Source: Chara braunii (taxonomy: Eukaryota; Plantae; Charophyceae). From it: a stretch of DNA of 47,113 nt. A model generated the notes under the pieces. It made no database searches, was not told the origin of the DNA, and was given only the letters and a program-made list of their open reading frames with translations. The translations under genes were made by a program, and so were the position numbers. The stretch covers positions 5,566,608 to 5,613,720 of the forward strand of contig BFEA01000010.1 of assembly GCA_003427395.1 (NCBI GenBank), in the 5' to 3' direction. Below are positions 1 through 13,230 of this stretch, in pieces. Numbering within the stretch: the first letter of the stretch is position 1; the number at the start of each line of letters is the position of its first letter.

Positions 1-25
1 ATATATATATATATATATATATATA

Positions 26-782
26 CAGGGTTGTCAGACCGAAAGTACGTCGGCCCCTAAGCAGACCCCCGAACGTTCAGGCGTTCGGGTCCCCGTACGG
101 GGCCCAAACTTAAAGGGATTCGGAGCCCGCAAAAAAATATTTTGGCACCTAGTAAATATTTTTAGTTTTTTTTGAATTTTTGTTTGTGAGTTCTTTCTGA
201 TGTAAGATATGTCCCTCTTAATTTTCAAGCTATTCTGTAAAGCCAAACAAAAATGAAAAATTGACAAACATGGTGGTGTCAAAACTTGGTTGCCCACTCA
301 CTAATTTGTTTTTTCTCTCTTTTGACTTCTTGGTTTTCCTTTATTTTGGGCCATGAAAAAAAATATTATTTTTTCAAACTTTATTTGTAGATTCTCTATT
401 ATGTAAGATACACATACAAAAAATTTCATGACATTTGTCTGATCCAAAACAAAATGAAAAACTGCCAATGATGGCGGTGTTAACAACGTGCTCGCCCATT
501 CAATAATTTCATTATCATTTTATAATTTTTAATTTTTAATTTTTATTATTATTATGCATTGATTTTTATTTCAAATTTGGTAAAGAATTTGGATGTTACG
601 TTGAGACAAATATTGTTCACTTTATTCTTCTGCATAACATGTATGTTTTTCATATTTTTTGGAGTTTTTTTTTTTTTTTTTTCCCGTGTTTAGTTGAACA
701 ACCGAACGCGTCGGGGAGGGGTGCCAAATGTTCGGGTGTTCAGGTTCGGGCGTTATGCCCATCCCAAACGTCGGCAACTCTG
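26..782. mobile_element. Non-autonomous DNA transposon (MITE-like), copy 1, in TA-rich DNA
   Basis: Termini CAGGGTTGTC(AGAC) at 26 and GTCGGCAACTCTG ending at 782 are imperfect inverted repeats. Both sides are flanked by TA. Subterminal CCGAAC/GTTCGG motifs; no coding capacity. Confidence 0.7.
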
Positions 783-800
783 TATATACATATATGTATA

Positions 801-1562
801 CAGGGTTACCTGCGTTCGAGACGGACCGAACGCCCAAACCCGAACGCCCGAACGTATGGGACCCCTTGGGGATGCGTTCGGCCATTCGGGCCGAAAGCGG
901 ACCCCAAAAAAAAAAAAAAAAAAAAAAAAGTTATCCAAAAATACTGAAAAAAAATATATTATGAAAAAAAATAAATTAAACAAGATTTGCCAGAGCATTA
1001 CATCCAAATTCCTAACCAAATTTGAAATAAAAATAAAATACCGCAAACAAATACTAATAATAAAAATAAATAAAAATAAAAAGAAACGTAAATTTAGTGA
1101 GTGTTCGAGCATGTTTTCGACATCGCCATCTTTGGCGATTTTTTTTTTTTTTTTTTGGCATAGCTAAATACCCTGAAAATTTACAGATGTGTACTTCACA
1201 TAATACAAAAGCCACTAAAAAAGTTTCAAAAAATAATAACATTGTTTAGGCCCCGAACTAAAGTGAAACCAAAAAGTAAAAAGTGAAAAAAAACGTGGGC
1301 GAGCACATTTAACACCGGCATCTTTGGAGATTTTCAATTATTATTAAACTCATCCAAATAAGGTGAAAATTTAACGGCCTATACCTCACGTCATAGAGAA
1401 TTTGCAAAAAAAAACTCAAAAAAAAAAAGATATTTTTAGGCCTCGAAATAAGTTTTGGAGGGGGCCGAACGCCGTCAGGTTCGGACCCCGTACGGAACCT
1501 CGAAGACCCGTACGTACGGAGGTATGGCCGGGGACCTCCCTACGTACGGGCTGGTGACCCTG
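801..1562. mobile_element. MITE-like element, copy 2, inverted relative to copy 1
   Basis: Starts CAGGGTTACC (801) and ends GGTGACCCTG (1562), with TA flanks. Internal ACATCCAAATTCCTAACCAAATTTGAAA (~1000-1027) is the reverse complement homolog of TTTCAAATTTGGTAAAGAATTTGGATGT (~569-596) in copy 1. Confidence 0.7.
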
Positions 1563-3985
1563 TATGTATATATATTTGTTTTATTTAGATACAACAAAGT
1601 ATTCCCAATCACTATCACATCTCGCTGTATATAAATATACATACAAATAAACAAACGTCTAACATACACATAAATAAACTTATAACACAACTCCTCCTCT
1701 TTCTCTTCTGAGAATGGAAACAACGAATGTACGGACACTAAAATTAGATCGTATTTAAAATTGAAATTGGTAATACGCCTGCATATGCATGCCAAACATC
1801 AAATGATAACATCAGGTAAACCAAACAAGCTGACACCTATATCTGGAAAAAACATTCGAAACACATCTGAACAATCATATACACGACAACAAAAGCTGAG
1901 CAACCCCGTTTACCAATTAAGACCGCACAATTATACCCATAACATAAAAAATACTTAAAGTTCCCCTACACCAAAACCTAAAAAAAAAGGGGACGTAAAA
2001 CACCTACCAAACCTACGCATGTTTGAATTTTTCCTACAAACAGACACGACAATCTCCCAACCGGCCTAACCATGAAAACACCAATCATACGAAGCGATTA
2101 GCCGAAAAAACCTACCTAAAACAAACTTGAAATATCATACAAACATATCAGTACATACAAAATTGTAAAATATGATTAAAAAAAAAAACTCAACTTTCCG
2201 ATAACACGTTTCATTCAAGCTGAATCCAATAGACCGATACAACAGTCCATCAATCTGCCTTCAAATCATTACAATCATGACAATAGAATCACAATCCGAG
2301 CATGCATTTGAAGAAATAAAAGAAACCATTAAGACTCTTTTACGAAACAGGGTTTATAAGTGCAGACTCCAAATAATTGCCAAAAACATACTATGAAATC
2401 CTATGACATATCAACCATTTCGTTTTGACCCAATGAAAGTGTTCCAAATACCGCAGAATAAGTATACAAAGTAAAATCAGTACAGCTTAACAGAAATTAA
2501 AAAAAAAATGATTCAAGGTTTTTATAAACACCTATATTACTTAACAATAAAATAATAACTCACATCTTAATACTAAACCAATTACACCTCATCTTACAAA
2601 AATGTGAGTGTATGAAAGTAAAAAAACAGGTTTGGTTTGGATGGAGCCGACATTAAAAAGACATACCCCTACGAAACCTCCATCACGAGGGTACGGGGAG
2701 GGACACACACACACACACACACATACACACACACAAACTCATTTTTTATTAATAATATTAATAATTAATAAAATTAAGTATTAATAATAAGTAATAATAA
2801 ATAATAAAAATAGCGCTCTGAGTTTTGTCGAGCCTGGGTACTACTTCGTTTTATTTCTGGTACTCTCCTTGAAAGAACAAAAAAAAACAAAAAAAGAAGA
2901 AGAAAAGTTGCAGCCGTAAACCTCAGAAAAGAATGGAAAAAAAAAAAAAAAAAAAGCTTTGGCCGTGATTGCATTTGTATACATGCTTGGAAGTGGTAGT
3001 GTGAGTGTGCCCTCAATGAGGGCATCTCAGCCCCGCGGCCAGGTTGTCAGATTCCAAAAAGAGAATAAAAGGGGGGAAAAACGGGCACATGGATCCGACC
3101 GTGAAAATGGATGGATACATTCCCCTAAGTATCAGTGTGATAAGCCTTACAATCCTCTAACAAAACACATGTTGAGCAGATCGTGGACAGCTTGAGCAAT
3201 TCACGGACAGGGGACTCATAAGAAACAGACGGCCAACAAAAGAAAGAAAATAGTAACATTGAGAATGTGACCACCTTACATGTAAGGTGCATTCTGTGGA
3301 GGAAGATTGTGAGCACGGCCTCCTCCACTACCCAGCCCGACATCATTGCAGTATTTTTTTTTTTCCTTTTTTCTGTCACTATAAAATTCAGATTTATGGG
3401 ATATTACCGACACTGTCTCCCACCCCGAAAAGTTCGGGTACTGGCCAAGAAATCGTAATTTCTTAACACTAGTGGAGATAATGGTGATTTAAGGAAAAAA
3501 AAAATGATAATAAAATAAATAATAATAGAAAAATAACCCAAGCTAGCACTCGGGCCGTCCTAGTCACCCTATTTTCCCGGGCGGCTCGGCCGTGCTAGGA
3601 CAAAGGAAGGTCAAAAAAAAAAAAAATAATAAAAAAAATGAAACTCTAATTAAATGGATAAAAAATCAATTCCTTTTACAAGTTGTTCATCTTCCCTCCA
3701 CAAATTGAATAAGCCTATCCCAAAATTATGCTCGCCAGAATGATGATATCCTTAGCCGATGGCGCATCAAAAACTCAACTAAAGAACTTCTCCAATACAA
3801 AAAATCCTTGATACCTATACACTAACTTTTTCATAAAACATAAAACTTTTGAGACTCACAATTAAGTTGAATTAACTGCACAAATACAGAAAATAAAAAA
3901 TACTGGCTCAGTGTGTAAAAAATGTCGCGAAAAAACGAAAAAAAAAAAAAAAAAACGGAAAAAAAAAAACGGAAAAAAAAAAAAA

Positions 3986-4136
3986 NNNNNNNNNNNNNNN
4001 NNNNNNNNNNNNNNNNNNNNNNNNNNNNNNNNNNNNNNNNNNNNNNNNNNNNNNNNNNNNNNNNNNNNNNNNNNNNNNNNNNNNNNNNNNNNNNNNNNNN
4101 NNNNNNNNNNNNNNNNNNNNNNNNNNNNNNNNNNNN
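3986..4136. other. Assembly gap (N run) within A-rich (CGAAAAAAA)n low-complexity DNA
   Basis: N run seen directly. Confidence 0.99.
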
Positions 4137-4239
4137 AAAAAAACGAAAAAAAAAAACGAAAAAAAAAACGAAAAAACGAAAAAAATAAAAAAAAATAAGG
4201 AAAACAAAAAAAACGAAAAAAAACATATAACGACAGACT

Positions 4240-4700
4240 AAGATACACAAACGACAATACTTTTCTCAGGAACACCCTGCAGAAAATTTCAAAAAGACAA
4301 AAATTAGTGATACACCTCCAAGTAGAATGACAACAAAGATAAGGACAAACTACATCACGAAAAAACCGCCTTAGCACAAACAGTATAAACCCACTACAAA
4401 ACGACTAATTACACTGCGACCGCTCCCGCTCCCGCTACTGCATAAGCATATCGCAAAAAAACGAAGATATGCATATGGTGACGGACAAACAAATGCAAAC
4501 CACGAGACTTTTCCAGGAACACCCTGCAGAGAAGGTTTCAGAAATACTAAAACGCGTGATACACTTCCAATGAGATTGACACGTAGAATTAGGACAAAAT
4601 ACATCATGAAAAGTACGCCATAACATGAACACTACAAAGCCGATAAAACGACTAATTAGAATACGATCCCTCCTCCTACTACCTATTGCTAAACCTTGAA
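4240..4700. repeat. Diverged tandem duplication, period ~247 bp
   Basis: CAGGAACACCCTGCAGA...GTGATACAC occurs at ~4267 and ~4514, followed by similar AGGACAAA..ACATCA and AAACGACTAATTA motifs. Confidence 0.75.
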
Positions 4701-5317
4701 CTATGCATAGGGTCTTGTTATGCACACCGTAACCCATACATTCGTACATACCACTCGACTACAGAAGCAATGATCAAACACGTTATTTTCTCTCCTCAAC
4801 CTAAAATGACAGAACCCCATCTCCCCCAAAATCAGATTAAATCAAACACCTCCCATAAACATACCCAAAATATGCCTTGCTTACTACCCCTTCCATTTCC
4901 TTACTCGAAGTTAGATCCACACACAACTATATACACTGGTACTAACTTGCATTGCTATCCACCTCAGCCCGACCGGTGCTACCGGACTTGCCTGCAATTG
5001 CCTGTTGGGCACTCCTAGGGCTACGGAACACGTGATCTGCAATGATCACACCTCATTCCCTTCTCCGCTAAGACACGGACTCTTCTTTTTATCCATGCAC
5101 ACGACTTGACACTCCATAACAGAACGAGGGTGATCTTACACGTAACGTACACAAAGGCAGAAGTGCTGTGAGCATTAATTTCTGCAAGAGTTGTTTACTA
5201 CAAGACAATCAAGAGGCAATGGCTACACCCGAGGATGCCACATCCTCTCAAACGTTCAATCTTCAGGTAAGATGATAACTATTTAAGAGTGTCATTAATG
5301 TCGTATACCCTACCACA

Positions 5318-5380
5318 ACACCCTCTAATGAGCTGCTATGGGTGCTGGGAAGCAAAAAGTGCGCTTCAGGGCGTGCACCC
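5318..5380 (+). ncRNA. Decayed minimal type I hammerhead ribozyme (Penelope-like)
   Basis: ACACCCT-CTAATGA-GCT...AGC-AAAA-AGTGCGCT-TC-AGGGCGT gives stem I CCCT/AGGG, stem II GCT/AGC and a near-palindromic stem III. The core differs from CTGATGA/GAAA by two G>A changes. Loop GGGTGC can pair with the 3' flank GCACCC. Confidence 0.55.
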
Positions 5381-8300
5381 CCCCTTTGGTAGTCTTCAAC
5401 AACCATCTCTAACCTTAGTTTAAGTTATAATCTGCTCCCCCCTGGTTAATTCTTCAAAATTAAAATGCATTTTCTTGTTATGAGGTTGATGGCTAAGTTA
5501 AAATTTTTCTCTTAACCCAACCAATGTTAATCATGTTGCTAACTTAACGTTACTTTACGATTGGACATATATATGGTCTGGTTCCTCATTGTACGTGGGG
5601 TAGCCGTGTTCTACACACCCACTACACACACTCCCAGATGTTGCATCCTCTTGCTAAGTTGGGGTCGACTCCCCTGCTTACAGACCTTTTATTTGATCCT
5701 AAGTATTTTTTTGCGATCCTTACTCATCTGCAGGATACCATACTAACCGTACCGTACCATTCCTATCCTCCACCTCCCACCCCCCTCCCCCGCCCATCCA
5801 CCCCCTACCTAAACATAACAAACGACTGTGACTTTCATACATACATGTTGCTACATATAAGTTCATGATACTACCACACATAATTCGAGTATATGTATTA
5901 AATACCATGATATACTCATAGATCCTGCATTAGGCTGCATACTTGCCTCGCTTGCCGCATCAACAAATCATCTCTGACTGGGCACATGATCGCAAATCAA
6001 CCTTAAACATATTCACCTACAAAATCTCATCTTAAATCCTCTTCGTAAATACGGTATTACTGATCTCTACAACGTTACCGATTCGTAACCACGTAGAAAT
6101 TGTATGATAAACAGATCGCATAAATCTTGCATGTACTTATACCTCCCTAAAATACCAAATAGTTAACACACGACTGTTTTGTAATTGATACTAAGCATAC
6201 TAATCTTGTATACTCTGTCTGGCGGCAAATATCCCCGTCATTCATCCTCTAAATATGTCGGTCATGTTGCCTCTACAATCCAAATTCGAATTTGTACATT
6301 TACGACCTCCACTTATAAAAAATCATGGCTAATCAACCGAGGTTAACAAGTCAACGCACTATACCTCACGATACGATTTGATACCTATTGTAAAAAAGTC
6401 CTACAACACATACAAACTGGAGAACATATTCCGCTTTGGTCTAACTAATTAATATTCGCCTAGACTAATCTTCCCTATTCTTTGTTCTTCCCCATACCGT
6501 CTTAATACGACCTCATAGCCTGAATAGCGCAACATACTCAAAAACGCTGCGAACTTTCACCTACAGAAAATCCCACATACACATGATAAACGTATCCCAC
6601 TTTGAAGGGACTGGTTACATATTCACCACTTATTACATCCTAATCAGCCCTAAGCTTAACACCTATTTTTTATTTCCTGCCCCGTACAAATCCTTAGTTA
6701 ATAAAAAAACCCTCATTACCATTAAAACGCCCTATACCCCCGACCGATAATGCACTGAATTCCCCTTCACAATAATTCCAACCATCTTCTGGTTTGAAAC
6801 TTTTGTGGTGTTCTGCATATCTGAAGTCATTCTTCTTTATTTTTTTGTTCACTTTTGTGAAGAATGACATGCATGTTCCCTACTTATGCTACACCTTGCC
6901 AAGTATTATGCTTAACCTTATGAACTACGAGTAAGAAACCCTGATCATAGAAGTAGACACTGATCATTTGATGTTTGTTGAGGTTAACTAAATAGAATAT
7001 ATGAATATTTGATTACTTTGGAAAAATTCAATACTTTAATGATCGATACATGAATACCCTAAGAAAAATAAAATAAAGTTTCGATACACTCGTATAATAT
7101 TGATTTATATATGGCTACGCCGGTTATTTATTACCTTATATATACACCGCAAGCTCACGAAAAAACATACGGTGACAAAACGAAACATGATTTCTTGTTC
7201 TGACCACGAGACCAATGATAGGTTGCTTACCGTCCCAACATAAATTGTAATAGTACATACCTCATGGTATCAAACATATTTGAAATACTGATCGATATTT
7301 GATCCGTGTACTTTGTGTAGATAATCTACCTTTTTACGGAATAAGGTGTGTTGCTCTAGACCTCTGTTCTGAGATGATAGACCTAATTAGGATCGTTTTG
7401 TTCTATACTACAAAAACACTAATACAATACTATCGCACCAAATGTCTGTGTTCCTTGGATAATAAGAGATAATGAATGAATTAGATACTTCGTGGGTCTC
7501 GACATATAATTGCCATTGAATACGGAACAGGGCAGGATGATTGATTGATTCGTCTGATTGCACTAGTTTAGTTTCTCATCACCTCTGCTTTTATATGGGT
7601 TATTTTCTCCAGTTTTAAGAGAGTTAGTACCGCCCTTCATTTCCACTTTGGGCAAAGAAAGCCAATTGTTGGATAGGCGTTTGTGCATTAAGCACATGTT
7701 TTCGTATATGAGACATGTCTTGGATGAGATTACTGATCAAATTGGGAGAGAATCAAATGGTCATACTTTGGGTGATGAATCTGGTGATCCATTGCTTGTG
7801 ACGGCTCTTAGCGTACGGTGGTAAAAGAAAATTTTTGCTCACCCTAAGAAAAGAGGAAGAGAGAGAGGCTTACATGTTCACTGTGGATCATCACCACCAA
7901 GGATCGGGCGACCAGTTCCCCAGACAAAGCACGCCCTCTCGACGTAACTATTTCGGACCAGGAAGATAACCTTTGTGTATTTATTAGCACTAAATTGGGG
8001 TTGTTATTATCATAGTATTGAATCTATTGATATTGCTGGCTATTATTATTATTATTATTTTATTTTATTATGATTTATTAACAGGGGTAGACTGTGGCAA
8101 TTATCAATCTTGGACGAGAAAAAATCTAGTAATTGTAAGCCATCAGCTCAAGCCGATTATGTCCCTGCTGTTTGTGCACACCACCCGTAGCTCCTATCAT
8201 GTATGATCGATTGAAGGGTCCGATGAAGTGTCTTGATTGTTGTAATCTCGATTGTTGCCACTGAGGATGATGAGGGAAGTTCGTTGAACCTTATGATTCG

Positions 8301-9350
8301 GGGGAAAAATGAGTCGTAACGAGGTATCCGTGGGAAAATCGGCAATAGAACCATTGATACGAGAATGTTTGATCTTCGGGGTGCACGACGCTGGCTTACT
8401 CTCCTACCCACTGTCCTTAACCCTCCTCCCTGCTCAACTAATGAACAATTTTTCCGCGAATGTGGAACGTCATGTGATACCTCGCCGGATCAGAGATACG
8501 AGCAATATTTTCAGGCGTTTAGCCCGAACTACACCGTTGAGATCAAATCACCAGTAGCACTGTAGTTTCTTTTAGTGGAGTCTGTCGATTCGATGACCAG
8601 TTGCGGCGGTAGGATAAAAAGGGACAAAAGGGATGAGGTGGAGATGGCGTCACACAGGCGAAGAAGGCAAAAATGAAAAGTAAGAAGAGGAGGAAAGACA
8701 CATACGGGAAAGGTGATGAAAACGGCGGAGGCATATTCGACGAGCTTGTGTGTGTCATTTGTTCCTCTATACGTATGCCTATATGTAGTCATGTTCAAAT
8801 AGACTCAAAACAGGCGTGACTGTGCCACGTTGTTTCGTCGGAGTTTTACCGACACAACAGAAGAATGGACCGGCAGTCTATCCAGGATGCATTTTGACTG
8901 ATGGATAGGGACGCGCAACATCACCCAGGATTGACGATATTCCTAAGAAAAGTGCTCGATTTTACAGCAACTTTGCAGTCCAGGCAAACCGGTCATCCAA
9001 ACCCCTGACAAGAAAGGGAAAGTAAGACTGAGAAACTAATCTCACACAGTGATAAAACCTACTGTATGTCTACGGATGTACGTCTGTATCAGGTTGGGAG
9101 GGTGTTTACGTATGTGCCGAGAGGTACGCACTCTATCGACAAACATGCATGCATACTGAAGAAGGATAGAGAAGAGGGGCAACCACGTGAGGAGAGAAAG
9201 AGCATTCTAAGAGAGGTAGAGAGAAGAAGGTAGAAGACAAGGGAAAGGTGGGAAAGGAAGAGCCACTTACCTCGAAGCGCCATGCTTGTGAATCAAAGTT
9301 GCGATACGAGAAAGACCCTCGTAGTTTTTTGGAAATAACACACATACATA

Positions 9351-9510
9351 AATGTCGAGAAGATCAGTCGCAGTTTTGACACCACAAAGATTGATTGGTC
9401 GATTGGGGGGGGATCGATTGAAAACCTTTTAAATGTCGAAAAAATCAGTCGCAGTTTTGGCACCACAAAGATTGATTGATCGATTGGGGGGGGATTGATT
9501 GAAAACCTTT
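9351..9510. repeat. Tandem duplication, 2 x ~80 bp
   Basis: AAATGTCGA..ATCAGTCGCAGTTTTG..ACCACAAAGATTGATTG..CGATTGGGGGGG..ATTGAAAACCTTT occurs at 9351 and 9431. Confidence 0.9.
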
Positions 9511-9559
9511 CCCTTTGTTTGTGGGATTGCCTTTTTTCCAGATAAACTCTCTGAGTGTT

Positions 9560-9598
<39 letters not shown>

Positions 9599-9859
9599 AG
9601 AAAATGGAGAAAGAAGAGACAAGTGCAGTCAAGTACAGACACACGAACAGACGACCAGGCACTGACAGAGTCTGACACAAAAAACAGATAGACATGACAG
9701 ACACTGACCGACGAACAAAGATGAACAAACAAACAAAAGGACAGACACAGGAAAGAGAGAGAGAGTACTTTGGCGGGGGACACTGACCGGCGACCTTCAG
9801 ATACAACGCACCCTAACAGACAAAAAAAATGGCTTGTCTACGTTGACAATCGTTCTTTA

Positions 9860-9892
9860 AAATTATTATTAATATTATATTTATTATTATAT

Positions 9893-9941
<49 letters not shown>

Positions 9942-10305
9942 TATTATTGTTATAAAAAAAATTATGTCAACTAGCGAACAACTGAGCGGAAGGAAGACGG
10001 TCGCTAAAAAGAAGAGGGAGGAGGTTCGACAATAAAACATCGAAGAGAAAGCGCAACTCATTGAGGTGCAACGAAGGCTTCCTCTCTTTTTATCTGCGGT
10101 ATGATCCCAACGTTGATGTATTGGACCGGAGAGATGACGTACATTCGTTGCTACTCTATTATAATGAAGTTCTTTTATTATTATTCTTATTATTATTATA
10201 GTTATATTATCTTATTAGTGGTTATTATTTAAATTGTTTTATTATTGTTACTATTATTATTATTATTACTATTATTATCGTTATTCTTATTATTATTGTT
10301 ATTAA
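9860..10305. repeat. (ATT)n microsatellite tracts
   Basis: Imperfect (TTA)n at ~9860-9950 and ~10175-10305. Confidence 0.9.
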
Positions 10306-12759
10306 TTTTGGAATTGAGTGCGTAATAGAGGAAAGGGAGTGTGTGCAAAGGAGAACAGGGAAAGAGAGAGAAGAGGTAGTTGGGGATGTGTCAAGTCGAT
10401 TGAGCATGGGCGATGGGTGGTCTGGAATGAGGAGATGGGATGCTGCTTGGTTGTGGAAATGCGACATGAAGCAATGTGGCAAGAGGGCGGTTGTTGCTGC
10501 TTGCCTCCATTTGACTTAGACGACGGGCTGCATTTTCTCCCTCATGCAGTAATCACATCTCGTTTTCCTCACTCTGTTCAAAGTTTATCTCACGTCAATC
10601 ATTTTAAGATGACGGGCCTCGCCGCGCCACTCACCAAATAAGAAAAGAACAAATCAACAGATACATCTCTCCACGGCTTATCGGGAGATTTATTCTCATC
10701 TTGCACATTCGGTAAGTGTTGCAGCGAGATCCGTGATCCCATGATGGTTGCTCACATTCAGATATGATCTCTCTCAAGTTCTCTCAAACTCACATATGGT
10801 CTGCCCGACTTCCCGTGTCATATCACCTCCCTCTTTCACTTCTTCTTTTTCTGTCTCGGTGCATCTCCCATCTACCAGCACTTTCGTAGTTGTTGGATGT
10901 ACTCTGTATTGGATATATGTATACCCTATGACAACTTTTTGCATACTACCTTGAACAAGTTGATTCGTTGGGTGATTTCTTTTCTCCTCTCTCTTTGTTG
11001 CTCTTCTGTGTGTGTGTATGTGTGTGTGAGAGAGAAGAGAGAAGGGAGATAGATAGACAGCCAGACAAACAAGACAAATAATCAGACAGACACGGACAGA
11101 CTGACGTAAGAAGCCATACATGACTGACAGGGATGAACAAACAGATGAATGAACAAACACGGAGAGAGATTGAGAGAGAGCGGGTGGGGCTCACAAAGAA
11201 GCATGCGCGGAAGTAGAAGAAGAAGAGGATGAAGTAGAAGAAAAAGACGAAAAAGGTGGGGAGTTGCGGTCAAGAGTCAACCCACAGGCAAGGGTCACGA
11301 CCCACAGTCAAAAGTCATGTTCCACAGATAAAAGGTCGTGATTCATAGACTCGAGAAGCAGCACACCGAATTAAAAATTTGGAGAAAAGTACCAGGTCTG
11401 GATATTCTGTAGGAAGTGGGTCGTGGGCATGTGGTACCGGATCCGAGTCAAGTCAGAGGAAGCAGGGGCTGGGGGCGAGTTGAGGCTCAGTCCAAGTCAA
11501 TATAAGGACTGACCAGCCACGTTTCGGAAGATTGTTCATTCATGAGAAGTGTGGAAGCGCTGCTGAAGCGTTTGAGCACTATCTGCGAGTCACATGCGTG
11601 TGAGAGCCCTCCTAAGCACCGATGCACTGAGAGGGGGGGCGGCCAATGCCGCATGAGTTAGTAGTAAGGATAAAGTTGAATTGCAACAAAAGTATTCAAA
11701 AGTCTGGATTCCCGAGTAGAGGTGCAGGGAGAGCGAGAGGAGAGAAGAAAGGAAGAAGAGGCAGATGCAGGCTAAAGCCGGCAAATAAACAAACATCCGG
11801 ACATAGGCAAACAAAAAGACAGTCGAGTGCAGATAAACAAATAAACGAACAGACACAGACAAGCAAAACAGACAAATTGACAAGGCACAAACAAACGGAC
11901 TGACAGACACAAACAAACAGGCAGACACGCGCACAAACAGAAGGAAGCGAGGTTGGTAACGCAAAAGCACGTACCTGACCTCGGCAATAGTCAAATATCC
12001 CCATACAGTTCGGTTTTGCTGCTGATATCGAACAGTTGGACTGACCATTCTGTGTGATCTTAGTCTAGGGGCAGACTGCCAGGTGGGAGGGAAAACTGTG
12101 GAATATGGAGATATCCACACATCCACCACGGAGCAAAGCAGTGTCTATCCTATCCACCTCACTATCGAATCCGGCAGACTGTCGGTTCCTGCCACCCACT
12201 TAGCCAGGAGGTCACCCCATCAAAACTTTCGTTGTCGCCTACAGGCAACACAGACATCCCGAACCGGACGATCCCCACCTCGATGTGCCTACCCCGCGCC
12301 GGCTGTCAGGTGAGTGCCTCTTCTCCCTTCGACGGCGCGCCCTTCCTGCCCCTATCACCCATGCATTCGCTTTGCCTCTCACGGCAGTCCTACGAGGTAA
12401 GCACTCCCCACTCCCTCTCTCTCTCTCCCTCTCTCTTAGCACCCAGTATGCGAGTGTACCCTGACCGCTTGCTCAACCAGATCCAGTTCAAGTGAAAGGG
12501 GGGGGCTAACCGGCGGGAAGAAGAAACTCTCGAATCGTAATGACAGGAAAGGAGGCCTCTATCACAATCGGGGGGGGGTCGTTGGTATGGGAACTAAGCT
12601 TCATCACTCAGAAAAAGAAAAGAAAAAAAACAAAAACAAGAAATAAGAACGAATCTTTCACTAGAAATCGGGTCGGTTCATTCCCATTTTTCACAGCCTC
12701 CTCCCGGGCGCAGCTTCTTTACTAACAATCTCAAAATTAACTACTAAACTCTAAGTCTA

Positions 12760-13230
12760 ACACTACCCTTCGATTCGCTTAATCCCCAAACCCCAATTTC
12801 GCCTGTTATCTCGCTCGAAGCCATCGAGAATCGAGCAGGATTCAAGACCTTTACTCACGCTATCACCCCTCCTGCCATAGCTCGGCGCACCCCCTATCTC
12901 ATCTAACTTTCATCCTACTAACTTTCTTCCAAAACTGACTTCATAATCCGGTTCGCCCGACCTCAAAATGCTAATCTACCACCTTCTTTCACTCGATTCC
13001 ATCAAGAATCGAGTGAAATCTTGTTTCTTCACTCCTTGCCTTCTCTTCCCCCGCCATAGTCTCCGCGGCCACCTTGTCTTACTAACTCTACTTCTACATA
13101 TCTAACTCCCAATCTAATCGCATATTTGGGGTCACCATGGCAAAAAACCCCCATTTCGCAACTTGGCCCGTTCGATTCCATCGGGGAACGGGCGAGCTAC
13201 CCTGCTTTTAACCCGCCATAGCTCCTCGCT
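12760..13230. repeat. Degenerate tandem repeat, ~170-190 bp period, ~3 units
   Basis: TCGA(AG/TT)CCATC..GAATCGAG and GCCATAG recur at ~12815, ~12993 and ~13172. Confidence 0.55.

Noticed and set aside
3831-4377. Phe/Lys-rich ORFs and similar ORFs across microsatellites
   Set aside because: Artifacts of homopolymers, dinucleotide repeats and N gaps.
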